From assembly GCA_026026165.1 (NCBI GenBank), contig JAPEUD010000001.1:372001-436000 (forward strand): 64,000 bases of DNA. Direction: 5' to 3'. This DNA is from Sarea resinae (Eukaryota). A program made the translations under genes and the position numbers. Under the pieces are notes generated by a model, which saw nothing but the letters and a program-made list of their open reading frames with translations, was not told where the DNA came from and made no database searches. Shown here piece after piece: positions 40,042 to 54,207 of the stretch (position 1 is its first letter; the number at the start of each line of letters is the position of its first letter).

Positions 40042-40820
40042 GGCCCATGATTCCCGCTGTTCTGGTGATGCTGCTACCTCACTTCTCCATCCATCTTCGT
40101 CCGCTACGTAGTCGAACTCTCGTACGTCACGGATGTTCTCTGCGAAAACCGACATGATTGGTTTACCCGGCCGAATTCGCTCTCGAGTGTCCCGGGCCAG
40201 ACCGGCGCGAAAACTTCAATCCCCAGGACAGGGTACGAGGTACGAACACTCGACGCAGTACTGCGGTAAGAAACTGGAGTAGTGGAAATAGTGGGCAGCC
40301 ACCCACTGGCCCCGCCGCGGCTCATCAAGAACCTCCATCGCCCTCGACCTTACAGTGGAAGGACGACAGTACTCGAGTAGAACCGAGCATGGAATTCCAC
40401 ATTTATCCGTCCCAATCTTAGCTGCCGCTTCACGGGTCACGAGTAGACAGTCCCTTGCACTGCATCATTCCGTCACTGAAGACTTCCATTGGGTCTCCTT
40501 CTGCTGTGCAGCTACTCTCCCTCCCAATTCTCCCAATCCCCCCAATCCCCAACCATTGTCCATTCTTTCTGCAAATTGCTACACTCGACCGAGTCAATTG
40601 CTCATCAGGATCGCCTCTTGCGTCAATTCCAGTCTGTCCCGAGACCGGCGGTACGGTGCCGATCTGCATACTACACCGATCAATACTACTACGAACGCTC
40701 GCTTCGCGCTTCCACCGTGCAGGATAGATGCATGCGTGCATGTGATGGCTATCTGATAGAGCTGTGAGCTATCGCGAATACTGCCCGTGTCGTTGCGCGA
40801 TCTTGGACAGGCCCAGGGGA

Positions 40821-43800
40821 ATGTCAGGTCCATCCAGCAGACTTGGGGAAGGTCACAATCCCCTGGCTCGCCAGCACCAACTTCACCCCACGGCGGAGCA
40901 GCTGGTTGGAGAAAATGGGCACTCGACGGATAATAGCACCCCTCTCCCAATTGAGGACTCCACCGGGGGATCATTGAGATTGCCGCGAACAGACGCGCCT
41001 GCGTCGCTGGTGATTGCACCCTCTTCACTGAACCAGAAAACTCCGGCACGATCCTTCTTCCACCGTTCCTACCACAAATCGCTGAGTATGGGCCCTGATC
41101 GTTGCTCGTGGCAATTGCAAGCTGACGCATCGTAGCTCCTTCGGACGTGGCACAATACTCATCGCAAGGAGTGCGAGAACAGACAGCGGAATTGGCTTCG
41201 TGGGCGTTGTCAGATACGGCTTCGACACGTAGCGGCAGCTCTCCGCCGCGGAACTATGCTCCATCAGGCTCAATTGTGCAACAATCAAATCTGGATTCAT
41301 ATTTTGCCGGCACCAACCCAAATCATGAAGATACAACATCGTTCATTTCGAATGAACTGCTCCGGCCAGACGTGATAGAGGAGCTGCCAGAGGCCACCAC
41401 ACCCGGGAGCACCGCTTCAGGACGCGGGTCGACGGTAACTTCTGTGCTGACGGAAATGCTGCGAAGTCCTCCCCCAGACCGGGAGCAAGAAGAGCTGGGC
41501 GATACTGGCGGCCTGCACGACCGAAGGAGCGCAGCACATGTTGCAGGAGGGGACGAGACACCTCGTGCAAGTGAGAGTACGCCTCTCCTATCGAAACGTC
41601 GTAGTCTCGACCCACAATCGATGCATGACAGTAGCGAAGAGCGCGACCTTGAGGGGCAGACGATTTCGAGACGGCTGCCATGGAGGAAGTGTTTCTCTTG
41701 GCCAGCGGAACGCGGGCGTGCGTTTGTTCGGGCTGCTACCAATCCTAAGAGTTGGAACCGGAAGGTTATCTGGAGACAAGGCGTCATCCAACCGGCCAGA
41801 TACGTTCCAGCAGTTGTTCTTGGGCTTCTGTAAGTGGAATTGGGAATGCTGTAATCTTTTGTAATTGTACTAATATCTCTGGATCAGACTGAATATTCTG
41901 GATGCTCTCTCTTACGGTAAGTTTGCCTCATCCTTCAAGCCGACACACGAACTGAAGCAATTTCTAGGAATGATCCTGTTCCCACTGGGGCAGCCACTTT
42001 TTGCAGGTCTTGGACCAGATGGCCTTTCTATGTTTTACGTGAGCTGTATCGTGTCACAGCTAGTCTATTCGTGTGGTGGGAGTATTTTCAAAGGTGGTGT
42101 AGGATCAGAAATGGTAGGTCTCGAACCCGACTAGAGCAGTATTGCTTGCTAAAGTCTTGCAGATCGAAGTAGTCCCATTCTTTCACAAGATGGCCTTCAC
42201 CATTTTGAGCCAAGTAGGAGAAGAAAATCCGAAGTCCGTCTTGGCGACTACTATCTTGTCCTATTCTATCAGCTCTGTGCTTACCGGTCTTGTCTTCTTT
42301 CTCATGGGAACCTGCAAACTCGGGTCTCTGATCGGCTTTTTCCCGCGACATATATTGATAGGCTGCATCGGCGGGGTCGGTTGGTTCCTCGTTGCCACTG
42401 GCCTCGAAGTGTCTGCACGGCTTGACGGAAACCTGGAGTACAATCTGGTGACCCTTCGAAAGCTCTTCGAGCTTGATACAGTTTTCCTGTGGTTGATACC
42501 CTTACTTCTAGCGGTCTTGCTAATTACTTCGCAACGTTTCATCAAGAGTCCAATGCTTGTGCCGATATATTTTCTGGTCATACCTGCTGTATTCTATTTC
42601 TTTGTTGCAGTCATCCCTCGTTTGAACCTGGATGATTTGCGTCAGATGGGCTGGGTATTTACGAAGCCTGAAGCTGGTGTACCGTTTTATCACTTTTATA
42701 CCTTGTACAGTAAGTCTTCACGCAGCAACTGTACTACTGATTACTAAGGTCCTCACAGACTTTGGGGCGGTCGACTGGAAAGCACTTGCCAGCACCATTC
42801 CCGCCATGTTTGCTCTGACTTTCTTCGGCATATTGCATGTACCAATCAATGTTCCTGCTCTTGGATACTCTTCTGGAGAGGATAACGTGGACGTCGATAG
42901 AGAGCTGATTGCTCATGGTGTCTCAAATGTGCTTTCCGGTGCTGCCGGGAGCATTCAGGTATGGCCTGACATATATTCATATAATCTGCTTTGAATGCTG
43001 ATCAGGGGTTAGAACTATCTTGTCTACACCAACAGCTTACTCTTTATGAGAAGTGGTGGGGACAGTCGCATAGCTGGTATCATGCTAGCCATTGGCACGT
43101 TCGGCATCATGGTCGTAGGTCCCGACATTATCGGTTTCATTCCGATCATGGTAGTCGGCGCTTTGATTTTCCTCCTTGGCATCGACCTCATGCGAGAAGC
43201 GTTATATGACACCTGGGGCAAGGTGCACCGACTAGAGTATCTGACTGTGAGTATCCTAACTTGCTGAAACCTGGCAAACCGGCTCATATAAGCAGATAGT
43301 TGTCATCGTCATCACCATGGGTGCTTGGGACTTCGTTATTGGCATTCTAGTCGGCATCGTTTTGGCTTGTGTCAATTTTGTTGTTCAGACCTCTCAGAAA
43401 TCCGCTGTCCGGGCCAACTACACTGGTGTGACTGCAACATCTCTAGTCCGACGGCCTCCCGTGCAGCATAGGTTCTTGAGAGAAGTCGGACAGCAGATCT
43501 ACATCGCAAAGCTAGCTAGCTTCCTATTCTTCGGCACGATTGTCAGCGTGGAAAAGAAAATCCGTGCATTGATTGACGAAGAGACGTTTAAAGAACGGCC
43601 GATAAGATTTCTAGTTTTTGACTTGCTCCAAGTACGAGGTATTGACTTCTCCGCTGCAGAAGCCTTCACTCGCATCAACAGGATTCTGCAAGCGAAAGAC
43701 ATTCAGATGATCATGTGTGGTGTCTCAGCAGACAGTGACATCGGAAAGAGTCTCCGCAACGTTGGGCTTTGGGATCAAGACAACGAGGTCCGCGTTTTCG

Positions 43801-44665
43801 AAGATCTCAATTCGGCCCTAGAGTATTGTGAAAATCAGCTGCTAGAGGCTTTCTACCATCGAAGGGATGCTTTGGCCCAAAGAGAAGCTCCATCATCGAC
43901 CTTGGGTAAGAAAGGCAATCCTGGTTCGCGGGCGTTGTTCTAACGACTTTCAGATGTGCCGAAGCCTACTACCAATCCTCTTTCGAACGATCTTATGTTC
44001 AGCTCTCCAAGGAGAAATCATCTGCGAGAAGCTGCCGCAACTACGCTCAGCGAGTCTGACGCTGTCCCGCACAAGTGGTCAAGCTTCAAGCAGCCATTAC
44101 CCCTTATCCTGCAAGTCTTCCACGATTTAACCACCAAAAACGAAGATTTCTGGTTTAAAGCGTGCCAATTCTTCCAGCGTAAAGAATACTCTGCGGGGGC
44201 TGTGCTCTTTCACTGTGGGGTGTGTATGACGTCTTCTGTATATTGTTCGGTATATCTAACAAGACATACCTAGGATCGCCCAAATGGCTTCTACCTGCTT
44301 GAGGAGGGCACGCTGCGTGCCGAGTATGACCTTCCGCAGGGCAAGTATTACGAAAGCGTTATGCCCGGTACCACATGCGGCGAACTCCCTTTCTTTTCGG
44401 AGACAAACCGAACCGCTACAGTGTCTGCAGAAACGGATTGCGTAGCTTGGCTTCTGGAGGAGCGGGCATGGGAAGATTTGCAGCAGAAGCATCCAACTGT
44501 TGCACAGGAGCTGCTGAGGATCAGTCTGAAGCTGACGAGCGAGAGGATGAGCGCTGTTACTTCGTAAGTCACTGAAGATCCACTGCTTGAATCTGCTTTG
44601 GATCTGTTATAGGAGTTACTGGGCTAACATTGTTCTGCAGCTACGTTCTGACTACGGCTGGCTGA
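40821..44665 (+). CDS. VSB1: SLC26/SulP-family transporter with STAS and cNMP-binding domains (Vsb1/YGR125W-like vacuolar basic amino acid transporter)
   Basis: '[23 protein letters not shown]', '[15 protein letters not shown]', '[15 protein letters not shown]', '[11 protein letters not shown]', 'DRELIAHG', STAS '[10 protein letters not shown]', cNMP '[13 protein letters not shown]'. Many introns. A possible extra 5' exon would start at ATG 40732. Confidence 0.85.
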
Positions 44666-46876
44666 GAGGCCGGCATTATTGTTCATTGTCAAATTTGTAA
44701 AAAGCCCTTTGCTGGGTTGGCGGCTTATCTGAAAATTTGTATCGCATGTCCGTAGGATGTAGAGGATAGGAGGGAAGGGGGGAATTGTTTTGTAGCGCGA
44801 CCATCGCCATACCTCATACAACAGTCCGAAGATCCATTTGGGTCATACTTCTAGGTAGTCTTGAGGTTCTCAACGTGGTTGCCTGTACACGTGATATGCA
44901 CCAAATGAAATCGAAGGGGAGGCTCCGAAGGCTCACCGTCATGAAGGCGTGATTTAATGATAATATGTTGTCGTCTCCTCTCACGTAAGGTCTACTATGA
45001 GTAGAGCTGCGTCGGAATAGAGTGGAAATATCTACGCCCACAGATCGTCAGCGTTGGGCTTATTATTTACCTCGCTATGTAGTATTTGGCCCATCTCGTG
45101 ATTGGAAGTAGGTATGGCGACGTAGATAATAGTGCCGCTGCATCGGAGAGAAAGAGAGAAAGAAGCCACTAGATAAATCGATAAGCGCCACATAGACCAT
45201 CTAATGCCTTATCCATCGAATCCTATTGATCGAAAGCCACACACAGATGTAGGGTCGGTAGACGAACAGACAGGCGAACGGCACGCAGGACCATGTGCCA
45301 TGATATCTGATCGCGATTTGCATGGTGAGAATAGGGTGTGGAAAATGAGCTCATTGGATGGAGATGGATCATCAAAAGCTCCTCCCCCTACTCCGGAGTT
45401 GATATGCACGAATAGAGAACAGCAGCACACGCTTCCTGTTTGCCTCTCCGGATGTGGACAATCATGGACTGCAAATCAATTGGAGGTAGGTGCATGGGCA
45501 GATGATCTCTGTCCTTTTCTCGCTTGTGCGCTTTCGGGACCGTTATCAACTATGTCGATCTCTCTTCCAAGGTTCATCATTGTCTCTCGACAGCTAGTAG
45601 AATGCATTCATAGACAGAGACTTCGAGGGCAAAGAGAAATATCGGAATAATCCTCCTCACCGTGTGAGAAAGGTCTGATCGCTTGAGAAGTTACTGCGGA
45701 CGCCATCACCGCCAGCATATCCATCTGGCATTACATTCAAGACTACAAAAAAGATAATACACGCCCTATTCATTGTTTGAGGGGAAAACCGGAGTGGCGG
45801 CCAAGGGCTGTGGCAGGAAGTTTCAAAACCTATCCACGTGCATGCACGCATGCGACCGAGGGAGCTCGTCCTTCCCGATCAGCGCGTCCAATCCTTCGTC
45901 TGCTTTCCCGTCATTCTTGACCGGTCCGATAATACTCTATTATCAAGAACAGAACAGAAGGCGAAGAAAGGAGAAGAAGGAGAATCTGAATAGTAGCTTC
46001 GTACTTCTTACAAAGAGCGTAGACTCATGCCATCTCATTAGAGTATTTGTGCTTCTCTTGTTACTCTGCATTATGAGTAGGTACCTTGCAACCTTGGAAA
46101 TGATCCATCATTGGTGGTTCGGAAGTCCTGACACGGCTAGCCGGGATATGGGAAGAGCGTTAAGGGTCTTTCTTTCTCGTCTTGATTCGTTTCGTATCAT
46201 TTCGCACCCTGCAGGTCCTCCACGCGCGACCGAGGGAACCTCACATACCAAATTTCGACGTTCGCGACTGGGATCAGCTACTATGTACAGAGTACGCAGT
46301 AGGGGTCCAGCAGCCACTCTGTGCTTGGGAAAGACGAAGCGTGGTAGTGCAAGCCCAGCGTCCCATTTGTACGAAGTACAAGACGTACTTTGTACATCCT
46401 CAGATGCGAAGGACAACACGCGATCATCCCTTGATCACCGTCAGTCGAAGGGCCTTTCTTTTGGCACTTTATCCCAGACGATTCCTCGTAGAGATTGCGA
46501 CTTTACGAAGAAGGCAAAGAGAATCGGTCTCATCATGACATTCAAGTCGGATGCCCGACCGTAAAGGACGGCATCTCTCGTTGCCGTGGCACCAGCTTTA
46601 CCTGGCCAACAGACCGGCCGAGTATCCATTCGTAAGATTTCACGATGCCTCCAAAGATCATCGCATCGCAATTTCCCCAAGACTGAGAGCAGACAATAGT
46701 GGCCGCACGCACCACCCGGGGAACTTTCCCAGTACTTTTGGCTGAAATTGGCTTGCATCTCGCTTAAGCTCCCGCCCCCCCCCTTTTGGTTGATAGCAGA
46801 CCAGCACTTCAGGCGCACGACCTAAGGCAGGGTTCGAGGAGGCGGGCTTGCGCCTAAAGAAACCTTAGGGTAGCCG

Positions 46877-46901
46877 GAGACGAGACGAGACGAGACGAGA
46901 C
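46877..46901. repeat. (GAGAC)5 pentanucleotide repeat
   Basis: gagacgagacgagacgagacgagac read directly. Confidence 0.85.
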
Positions 46902-48430
46902 GACACAGAATTACTGGTCATGCGCTCGAGCAAAAAATCTTATTATTACCGTGTGCGTATGACGACTGCCGATAGGAGACGTTAGATCTTGCCAAGCTTA
47001 GATTGACCCTTTGGGTTTTAGGGGCAGGTTGAAGCAAGCAGGGCAACTTTTTGGTCGGAGAGATGAAGCTTTACGGGGTGGCAAATGTTTCTCGACAATA
47101 GGTCTTGATGCTGCGATCATGGTAGATATACTGCGTACGTAGCTCGATGTTCACGTTGTTGTTGGGAAAGAGAGACCGAAGATCCAGTGGCTTGATGGAT
47201 TTTCAAACCCTGGCCTCGGCCTTCTACTCAGTAGTTTCGCGTACCTTGCACTCTTAAAGCCAGAAGTTCGTTTGATGCTCGGCGCCCCCCAAAAGTAAGA
47301 CGAGGTGAGAAGAAGGGGGGCGGAGAAGGGTTGGTAACAACATGCTACTACCGCAGTACTCTAACGATACCTTACTCTACGGTCTGTACTATGTAACGAC
47401 AGCAGCAGACCCTTGCAACGAAAGCGCCGACCAGCGGCCACTAACGTCCTTTGTTTTGCGTCTCGCAATCTCCCCGGGTGTCGTTTCGCTTGGCGCTAAG
47501 AGTGAGGCATCACCTTAAGACACGCGAACTGGCAGCTGATGCGAGGACGGGGACCGAAAAGAGACTCAATATCAACAGCTAAAGCGTGGTGAACAGGAAG
47601 GTAGCCCACCTAGTACCTCGTACCTCGCTACCGTACCCTTGATTTCCATTCGACGGAGCCAAATAGTGCGTCTTAGTGAATATCAACGTTATTGCTCTGG
47701 CTCGTACCCACCACCACCAACTACCTGCCCCCCTTCACCACCATGCGAAGCAAGAGCAACCGACCAAACAGACCAAGCATGGCAAATACCAAGCAACCAC
47801 CCTGGAAGCTCTCTCTTACTCCCTCCCTATCCGTAGGCGCAGACATGGCTAAGGGTATCGGGCTCTTTCCCTTCTCGGTCTGGTCTGACTCGTCCCTCTG
47901 CTCCTACGTAGGAAGTGATCTCTGTCCTCTGTCTGCTACTACCAAACCCTACCTGACCTTGCCTACCATACCTGCTAACCCTAGCAAGCTTTCACTGGCA
48001 TGCTAGTATTACTGTGTACCTTGCCGACCTTGCCTTAGTTAGCGACAGCGCCCAAGGTAGTTAAGAGGTGGTCTTGTTATTCTTCCAGACGCTTTTTTTC
48101 CCCTTCTTCCTCTCTTCTCTCTCCTTCAGCCGGCCTACCATCCACCTCATCTCTTCTTCCTACATCTACTCCTGCAGACTCGTTCTACATCTTACTGCCC
48201 AGCATCTCCCGCGCACCACTGCTACTACTCTCCCATCGCATATAATAGCAGAGACTGTGAGCAGCTTCGTCGTCTTTCGGGGCTCTCAACATAAGCAGCT
48301 CTCGAATAAGCAAAGGGAACCAGTTCGCGTGTCTTTCGTCAGTGTCACTGCCAGCAGCCGACCGTACAAAAATCTAGCAATAGCTATCCCCTAGCCACTA
48401 CTCACCAGAAAGACCTATTACTCCATCGAA

Positions 48431-50677
48431 ATGTCGGACGCCCCAGCAGCACCAGTCGTGGAGACTCCGGCGGCGGCCACTGCCGAGCCCGTTGCTCAAG
48501 AGGCCCCCGTGGCTCCAGAGACGACGGCAGCTGAACCAGCAACCGCCGATCCAGCCACCACTGAAGGCGCGCCAGAGGCTACTCCGGCTGCCGAAACCAC
48601 TGAGGCAGTTCCAGAGGCGGGTGAGACCAAGGTCGAGGCCCAGCCTATTACGGAGGGTGTCTTGGGCTACAAAGCTCCTGGACTCGTGAAGTGAGTATTG
48701 ACATCATTTGGCCCAATAATAACGGGGACCTTGCTGACTTGCGATGTCTAATCCTAGGGGTCTGATTTACACTCGCAAGTTCTTCTGGTTCGGCAAGGAG
48801 GCTGTTGCAACAGATAAGCTTCACGGATATCTTCGAGGCGAGAAGCCCGAGGTTGGTCATGCCAACGCTGCCTGGGCCAGTCAAACCGGAAAGGGTCTGC
48901 TTTTCTTCTCCAAGCATGCTGATCAAAAGCTACACCCCGCTGGAATCATCAAACTTGTAGGAAAAATTTTTCGTCTCCACGGATTGGTAATATACTAATT
49001 TGTAATTTTGCGCAGGCCGATGTTTCGGATGTAACAAAGGAGAGCTTCAACGAGTTCTACTTTAAGATTAATGGCCACAAGCACACTTTCCAAGCGCCCA
49101 CCGGTGCCGAGCGTGACGGCTGGTTGGTCTCGATTGAGCACCGCGTCGAGGAGGCCAAGGCGGATGCAGAGGCAATCACCAGTAGCGAGTCTTACAAGGA
49201 GAACCTCGAGAAAATCGGTAAGTTGAATATGACACCCATTGGAAGTTCCCATTGTTGTCTCACAATAATACCACGACGGAATCGCTGATTTCGGACGCAG
49301 CCAAGCCTGCTGGATTGACTGTCCCGGTAGCGGCGAAATCCGAGCCAAAGAAGAGCAGCGAAGCTCCATCTACCGAGGCACCGAAGAAGGATAATGCTTC
49401 TAGTGATGAAGATGCAGACGGTAAAAAGAAGAAGAGCCGTTCAGTGTCCCGCAAGAGACAAAGCATCTTTGGAACCCTACTCGGAAAGAAGGAAGAGCAT
49501 GAAGAGAAAAAAGCCGAGAAGAAGGAAGAGAAGGCCGAAGAGAAGGTGGAAAAGAAGGAAGAGAAGCCCGAGGAGACTGCAGCTCCAACTGAAACGGCAG
49601 CCGAGGGTGAGCATCGATACCTATTTCTCGGATCTGGAGATTTTGCTAATACGCCATAGTGGCTCCTCCCACTGCTGAGCCTGAGGTCGCCGCTGCTGCT
49701 GAGGCTCCCGTTGCTGAGACAGCCACTGAGCCTGCCACCGCCGAGACTACTGGAGCCGGAGAGACGGAGTCCGCTGTCCGTCCAGCTAACAAGCCAAACA
49801 AGCGAAGCTCTATCTTCGGTAGCTTCTTCCAGAAGAAGGACATCGTAAGCCCCACTGAGGAGAAGAAGGAGGATGAAGTTGCTCCGGCCGTTCCCGCCAA
49901 AGACACTGAGGCTCCTGCTGCGCCCACGACTGAGGCTACAGAAGCCACTGAGGCTGCTGAACCCGTGGCCGCTGCGCCTGCTGCTACTCCATCAAAGGAG
50001 AAGGAGCACTTTTTCGGAAAGTTCTTGAAGCAAAAGGAAGCTAAGCACCAAGTAAGCATGTTTCTATCAAGGGAAATTGTATACCACTAACGTCTCTTTA
50101 GGAGAAAAAGGAAGAGAAGGCCGAGGAGCCAACCAGTGCTACGGACGCTGCTCCGGCTGCTGAGACCGTAGAGGCTCCTGCCGCTACTGAGGCGACTGAG
50201 GCGACTGACGCCCCTGCTGCAACCGAGGCTTCCACTGCGAACGCCGAGCCAGCCAAGGAGAAGCGACGATCATCTTTCTTCGGCAATCTTGCTGGGAAGA
50301 AGGAGAAGAAGACTGACGTCCCATCTGACACTGAGGCTACCGAGGGTGAGCCGAAGCCTAAATCAAACCCTACCTCGCCGCTCCCAAAACTTGGGGAGCT
50401 TTTCCGTAAGCCCAGCCGCGCTGTGAAGGGTCACAAGGAAACCAAGAAGGAGAGCTCCAACCCGGCAACGGTTGAGGAGACAAGCGAGGCCGCCGGTGAG
50501 GCATCCAAGGAGACTTCTCCAGCTGCTGCTACAGAGGCGGCTGCTGTGAACGGAACTTCTACCGAAACGCCTGCTAGCACCAACGTCGTCAATGGCTCTA
50601 TTGGCGATGTTGTCCCTGACGCTGTTACCGTTGGCCAATCTCAGCAAGCCAACTCTGCCGTCGAAGCTGCTGCATGA
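48431..50677 (+). CDS. Meu6-like PH-domain protein with A/E/P/T/K-rich disordered tails
   Basis: 'GVLGYKAPGLVK|GLIYTRKFFWFG', 'ANAAWASQTGKGLLFF', 'GHKHTFQA...ERDGWL'. Repeated RKRQSIFG / KRSSIFG / RRSSFFG motifs. About six exons. Confidence 0.8.
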
Positions 50678-51752
50678 ATTGCGAAACTTCGGGATCCAAC
50701 GAATGCAGCAACGATGGCATGAACAAAATACCCCACCCGCCTCTTGGTGATTCCCTTCGAAGGTTTTCATTCTCGTTTTTCTTACGTGCAAGTACATACA
50801 TTCCGACGGTCTCTGCTCTTCACGGACAAGATTTGTTTTGATTCTCTCTTTGATGTCTTGACGATCATCCTCAATCTTTGTCTGCACTCCTTGGCGTATT
50901 TTTCCTACGATCCCAAATTGTTCCCGCTCCTTTTTTGATTAGTGGCAGATTCGTTCCTGTGATACCCTGTGTACTCCTTATAAGGATCGACACAAGCGGC
51001 CACTAGGGCAACAACAGCGTAATTCCTAATAGATCATTCTTATTCCCGCGCTGTCAACTAGTTTCTCCGGTCTGGTTGCGGTGATCAGAATGCGGAACTT
51101 TGTAGGCCTGTATGTAAAAAGCTCGTGACATGATAAGGAACCGTCGGAGGGCTGAGAGCGTAAGCTTAGCGATAGCTCCTGATTACTTTATCAGATAACA
51201 GAATTGCCTTCCGTGGCAGATGACACGGAAGTTGCATTGTGTATTATAGCACTGACTGTGATTGCGTCCCATTACGCCCCTCAACAGCTCGTGCGGTGGG
51301 TCATTGGGGCCATGGAATGAATGTCGTACGTAGGGAGGGAGCAGCGGGGCATGCACGAAGTAACCAAAGTAGAATGGATATGGGTCTAAGGTTCGTAGTT
51401 TACTGGCGAAATGCTACCAATTCATCCATTACATAACGACAAGCTACCACTTCCGCTGTATATGTAAACCTCCGTCGCCTGTTGACAAGACGACGACCTG
51501 GTGCAGTTTGTTGTTTCTCGGACGAGCAAGCAGCGATAAGTGCTCGGCGGTTCGTCGCGGAGATTTCTCATTTTGCTCAGAGCGTCTTTCTTGTATCTAT
51601 CTGCGTGCACAACAGTCGTTCGTTCCATCCCTTGGGCTTTCTGGACTGTGCAGCGGTTTCATTCGCGTAGAGAACTTGGGCTCCACTTCCATCCATACCA
51701 TTTACTCATCCATTGGAGGCGAGTGGGCCATACCCAACTTACAGAATGCGCT

Positions 51753-52975
51753 ATGGTACGTCTGCATTTTGACCTCTTCTATTGACTATGATCTTCTCTT
51801 CTGATCCCTCGTAATGGAGGCCAATATTGACGCTCTCATGTAACCTCTTCGCTGCTTTGCTCCTTGACTAATGGCCTTTTGCCACCACTTTCGCAGGGTT
51901 GCTGCCAATCCTCATCTCGAAGCCAGAGGTCGCGGAGTCCTTACCCGCCTTCCATCGGTCCAGGTGACTCCTCATCTCGAGCGGCGATCACCTCTGACAC
52001 CTCGGGTGTCGTGCCTCCAGCCGATACGCTTCCGCCTTCCTCGGGCATCTCACGCGACCACAGCTCCAGCGGTCGAAGGCGCAGAAGACTCGCTCTTGGC
52101 GAGCACTTCAATCGGCCCTTGCAGCGACATGTATGGAGCAGTGCTGCTGGCTCGAGTATCAGTGAAGATGGGAGTAATAAGCGGCGGGTATGGACCCGGG
52201 AAGAGCTGGAAAAGGAACGCATCGAGTTCTTTGAGACCCGCGTGTCTGGTCGGCCGGAGATTTGGCGTGTGCTGAGGACTGTTGTCGAAATGATGGGTAC
52301 TAGTGTGGGTGGTGGGGCAGGTAACGAGGACTTGGCTACGGCACAGGGCATTTTGGATGCGGCCGCTGTGACTGTGCCGACGGGAGATCTAGTCAACGGT
52401 GCTTATGACGAGTTCGGCAACTTCTATCAGATGCCCGAACAGATTGTGGCCGATCCTGTTAATGTGGCTACTGGAGGTAGCGCGAGTGGTAGTGCTCCTT
52501 CGGGCGACAGGCTTCGCTATGGAAGGGGAGCGGAGGCGACTATTGCAGACGATAGTCTTCGAGAAGACAGCATTGGAAAGGGCGACCAAGAAGATGAAGA
52601 AGAGGTGGAGATTGAGCGAGAGAGACGAAGGGAGGAGAAGGGTAAGGACGTTTTGCACACCTTGGAGACCTTATCTGTCAAGGCAAGGCTAAGCGATAGA
52701 GGCGGACGAGATGTGAGGGTTCTGCTGGGGAAGGAGCAGAAAGTGAGAGTGCTGGTGCGGAAGGTGCAGGAAGAGATTCAGGTAAGTCCTTGGTGCTTTG
52801 GTTGCATGTTCGCTCGCTATAGCATTGATAAGTGTCTGGTCTGATGTCCTCTCTATAGATTCCAGGATGCAAGCTCAGGATCGCGTACATGGGCCGCATC
52901 TTGAATGAAGGCGAGACTCTGCAGGCTCAGGGATGGAAGGAGGGACATGTGGTGAATGCAATGATTTTGCAATGA
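51753..52975 (+). CDS. UBTD1/2 (DC-UbP)-like ubiquitin-binding and ubiquitin-like domain protein
   Basis: ATG-only first coding exon (51753-51755) splices to GCCQS. UBD 'ERIEFFETRVSGRPEIW...AQGILDAAAVTVPTGDL.NGAYDEFGNFYQMPE.IV.DP'; C-terminal Ubl 'RIAYMGRILNEGETLQAQGWKEGHVVNAMI'. Confidence 0.85.
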
Positions 52976-54207
52976 TCTACATGCTGTCAAGTGAACATCT
53001 GCATATCTTCCTTCCATCTTTCCTCACTTCTACCCACCAACAGCATAAGGATCCACTGTGTCTGCTATCTACTCTGCAGCGCTCCAACGAGCGAGGACTC
53101 GACCCTTCGGCGATTCTTGGGCATGGCGTATTGGCGGTCATTTAGGGTGAAGGACCGGCGTGGTTATCTCTCCAGGCGTTTGTCATGTCACACGGATGTC
53201 ATTTATGCGGAGCATGTATGGAGAGGCATCGTGTACCGGTTGGATCATCATCTGAATGCATATTCCATATCTCAAATCCATCTATCCCAAAGTACCTAAG
53301 GTACTTGATATATCCGTGATGATCTCACATCCCGAATGCGCAGCATATTATTGACGCGTCTGGTATCTTGCCCTGCCTTCCAGGTTCCATTGCGAGTAGT
53401 ACTACGAAAGTAGGCAAGGTACTACGGAGTAGTTGACTGCTGCTATTTTGGGATCATGATGATGACAACTTGCCTCATTGGGGCCAGTTCAAACCCTCAT
53501 GAGGTAAGCTCAGGGTAAGCCCAGGGTAAGCCCAGGTACTGCTAGCACCACTGCGGAATAGGGAGCTACCTCCATAGGTACCTTACCACCTTACCGAGTA
53601 CCTTAAGGTACGGAGTACACGAAGGTACGCAGTACTTCCATCCGCAGTGGGAAACTTTAGGTAGTGGGCGATGCCAAATAGGAGGAGGGTCCCTCGGTCC
53701 AGCTATGTAATCGAAACATTGGGGTACTCGTGTGCACGCCCATTTGAACCCCAAATCCAAAGTACTGCACGGAGTACCGGTAAATAATAGACACACGCAA
53801 GCAGAGAAGTCGCTGCTCCACCATCATTGGCATTCAATGCAAGTCGCCAAGGAGAGAGAAGACAACAGTCAAATCACATCGATATCCCGTATTTATATAA
53901 ATATCGACACGCCCTCAACGATCGGTAGCAAAACGCTTTCCTGGCTCGCGAGTCTATGAGGCAAGGCTTACATCAACTGAATGGAACACCATCTCGCGCC
54001 AGCCGAATCGATTGATGCAGCATTGCCATTTCCACCTGGGCTTTAAGCTCGCTCGCCACGCGCGTCAATTGTCGCGACTGGGAGCTCCTTGCCGCCGCCC
54101 ACGGTGCTCATCAGCACGGGAAGGCTACTCGACGACATCTCAGTCGAGTCCTGACCTCCTCAAGGGGCTGGCTTGGCAGTGAGTGAGCTCCAATTCCCTC
54201 CCTGACC

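Noticed and set aside
45773..46564. 263-aa ORF
   Set aside because: TTG start, no domain-like pattern, and composition typical of translated intergenic DNA.
53469..53536. GTTCAAACCC T-loop-like motif within a 10-bp hairpin, followed by CAGGGTAAGC repeats; considered as a tRNA
   Set aside because: No D arm or anticodon arm, and no cloverleaf can be built.
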